A stretch of DNA of 64,000 nucleotides, from positions 20,584,001-20,648,000 of the forward strand of contig OZ024761.1 of assembly GCA_964016885.1 (NCBI GenBank), in the 5' to 3' direction. Made by a program: the position numbers and the translations under genes. Positions 1 through 64,000 of this stretch are shown piece by piece; position 1 is the first letter of the stretch; every line of letters begins with the position of its first letter. A model generated the notes under the pieces. That model worked only from the letters and a program-made list of their open reading frames with translations. It searched no databases and was not told the DNA's origin. This DNA comes from Eledone cirrhosa. Taxonomy: Eukaryota.

Positions 1-602
1 TCTTTACACGCACAAAACCCACACCGTACCGTCCTCTACCGTCCTGTAATGTTTTTCTTGGTGTCAGCCCTTGTGGCCAATAAAGAAATCATTATTATTA
101 TTATTGACAGTATAGGTAGAGGGTCGGATGCCATGCTTTGCAGCATAGTGTTACGGCCCTTTATGGTCTGAGTTCAATTCCCGCCGAGGTTGACTTTGCC
201 TTTCATCCTTACGGGGTCGATAAAATAAAGTACCAGTAATACACTGGGATAATTGCTGGCCTTGTGCCAAAAGTAGAAACAATTATCGTTATTGTTATTC
301 TTGGAGTCTCAATCATTGATGTTATTTAACTACAAGCCGCTACCTGCTGCCTCAGATATTCAGGACGTATCGGAGGGTTCTTGCTGTTACCAGCAAGCAT
401 GCTTTTGAAGTGTTCCCAAAAAGGGGAGCTGGACTCATCTTCTTTAACCATCCTTGAAAACTCTTTGAGATAGTACCATAACGCTCCAGAGTACTCAATA
501 CTTAAGGTAGTAGAGTGGGTAATAGGAAGAGTCAGGACTGAACTAGTTCGAATCTAGCTGTCGAAACTGCTGGAGCTCAGCCGCTGGGGTCCTGACTCTT
601 TT

Positions 603-661
<59 letters not shown>

Positions 662-695
662 TTAATTAGAAAGTAAACAACACAAAATATAACTA

Positions 696-765
696 CTCCA
701 TTACCAAAGGTTTCTGGATCACAGACGATAATAATATATACGTCTGGATCGTTCGTCAGACAGAG
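696..765 (-). ncRNA. type I hammerhead ribozyme motif
   Basis: minus strand: ctctgt CTGACGA ac-gatc-cagacg[loop]cgtctg-t-gatc-ca GAAA cc-ttt-gg TA atggag; stem II base is mismatched. Confidence 0.6.
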
Positions 766-1636
766 ATGTTAGAGATAAAAGATATCTGACAAACGATCCA
801 GACGTATATATTATTATCGTCTGTGATCCAGAAACCTTTGGTAATGGAGTAGTTATATTTTGTGTTGTTCACTTTCTAATTAAATAGCTCTGTTCTATAT
901 ATAGAGCACTCTTCTTTCCTTTGTTTTTTCCTTTGGAATTACGTAAAACATGTATGTATGTATATATATATATATATATATATAGTATAAAAGAGAAAAC
1001 ACAGGTAAGCATTAAGAGAAGGATTTTATCCAGGTATTTACGACCGTTTCATTGGTAAGTGCAACCTTATATTGCTATACTGCAAATAGCAGCCACTCAA
1101 TTATAATTGTTGTTCACAGTCCAAATTTTCAAGATAGTCACAATTTGAAGCCATATGTTTCCTTGTATTCCACGGTGCAACCATTACGTCCTTTGTCGAA
1201 ATGGAAAGTTTTCCATCTAACTCTGCGTATAAAGTCGTTTGTATCATCCCAAGGGTATAATCCTTTCTCCGAGGTATAGGAATGTTCTTTAGGGATATAC
1301 CTATGTAATGCTTTTCCATAGTAGTACCATATGTTTAGGTGGTTGCTCGACCGATAAGGAGCCTGTAGTTAGAGAAGCAAAAAATTGCAAAGGATCACAA
1401 ACTATATATATATATAATAGGAACAAGTAAGACCCCGACGGCTGAGTCCAGAATTAGCCGTCGAAACGGCTTGAGCTCAGCCGTCGGGGTCTTACTTGTT
1501 CCTATTACCCACTCTACTACCCTAAGTATTGAGTACTTTGGTGCGTTATGGTCCACTTGGTTCCTTACCACATTTCCTTCGTTATATATATATATATTTA
1601 TATATATATTTGTTTGTCTTTTAATAATTGTGGTAA

Positions 1637-63194
<61,558 letters not shown>

Positions 63195-63227
63195 GTACGT
63201 ATAATCTCACCTTTCTACATACCTTCA

Positions 63228-63440
63228 TCCTCATCATCATTTTATGTCCGAGTTTCCCTTCTTGCATGGATCAGACGGGTGAGCTTCAGTGATCTGAATT
63301 CAGCTCTCACCACCTCCGCCCATGTTTTTCGAGGTCTTCCTCTACTGCATCTTCCTTCTACTGGGATTTCTTGGTACTTCTTTACCCAGCGGTCATCCTC
63401 CATGTCCATACCATTGCTGTCTTCTCTCCCACACACTACA
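63228..63440 (-). mobile_element. RTE LINE 3' fragment
   Basis: DDRWVKKYQEIPVEGRCSRGRPRKTWAEVV followed by a (GAT)n tail. Confidence 0.75.
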
Positions 63441-63519
63441 ACTTATCCCTCTTTTACACAGTTTCACTCCTTATTTGTTATTTTTAGTTTTATCTTATCC
63501 ACTCAGGAACTCCTTACAT

Positions 63520-64000
63520 AGACACGCACCACCGCTACTTCAGTCTCTAGTCTCCAGAGATGCTGTATCCTCCTATATCTTCTACCATTACTGCATGGTC
63601 TCTGTTCTTTAGAGCTAGCTAGACACATACCACCGCTACTCCAGTCTCAGGCTCACAGATGTCCTCACTCCTTCCTCTGTATCTTCTACCTCTACTGTGA
63701 TGATCTCTGCTATTCAGGGATAGCTACACGTATACCACCTTCACTTCAGTATCAGGCTCACAGATGTCCTCTCTCCTTCCTCTGTATCTTCTACCTCTAC
63801 TGTGATGATCTCTGCTATTCAGGGATAGCTACACGTATACCACCTTCACTTCAGTATCAGGCTCACAGATGTCCTCTCTCCTTCCTCTGTATCTTCTACC
63901 TCTACTGTGATGATCTCTGCTATTCAGGGATAGCTACACGTATACCACCTTCACTTCAGTATCAGGCTCACAGATGTCCTGTCTCCTCTCAATCTATCTT
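63520..64000. repeat. 105-bp tandem repeat running off the window end
   Basis: ggctcacagatgtcct recurs at 63650, 63755, 63860 and 63965. Confidence 0.9.

Noticed and set aside
1052-1319. Short ORFs as a possible Penelope coding remnant
   Set aside because: No RT or GIY-YIG motif recognised; only a GAAAC-ggtc-GTA half motif nearby on the minus strand.

Overview
Eukaryotic, AT-rich DNA dense in microsatellites, SINEs and LINEs; the repeat types suggest an octopod cephalopod (inference). The window lies inside one + strand gene, a kinesin-3 (unc-104/KIF1A/KIF1B family). I traced 32 GT-AG exons by hand (1655-63194, 3773 nt, phases consistent, about 1257 aa). They run from the end of the motor domain through the neck coil, FHA domain and stalk. 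The start of the motor domain and the PH domain fall outside the window. Two further frame-preserving cassette exons are present, plus weaker candidates. Most ORFs in the supplied track are microsatellite artefacts. The main unexpected signal is at least seven sequence-distinct type I hammerhead ribozyme motifs with intact CUGANGA/GAAA/UH cores in the introns, five of them on the pre-mRNA strand. Several variant-core or truncated motifs also occur, often in fold-back palindromes next to (TA)n, consistent with non-autonomous Penelope-like remnants. Other leads are a duplicated exon, a candidate UAG poison exon that A-to-I editing could open, nested long-range inverted repeats around an in-frame exon block, and TE-derived minisatellites. 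All structures were read by eye and need computational and experimental confirmation.
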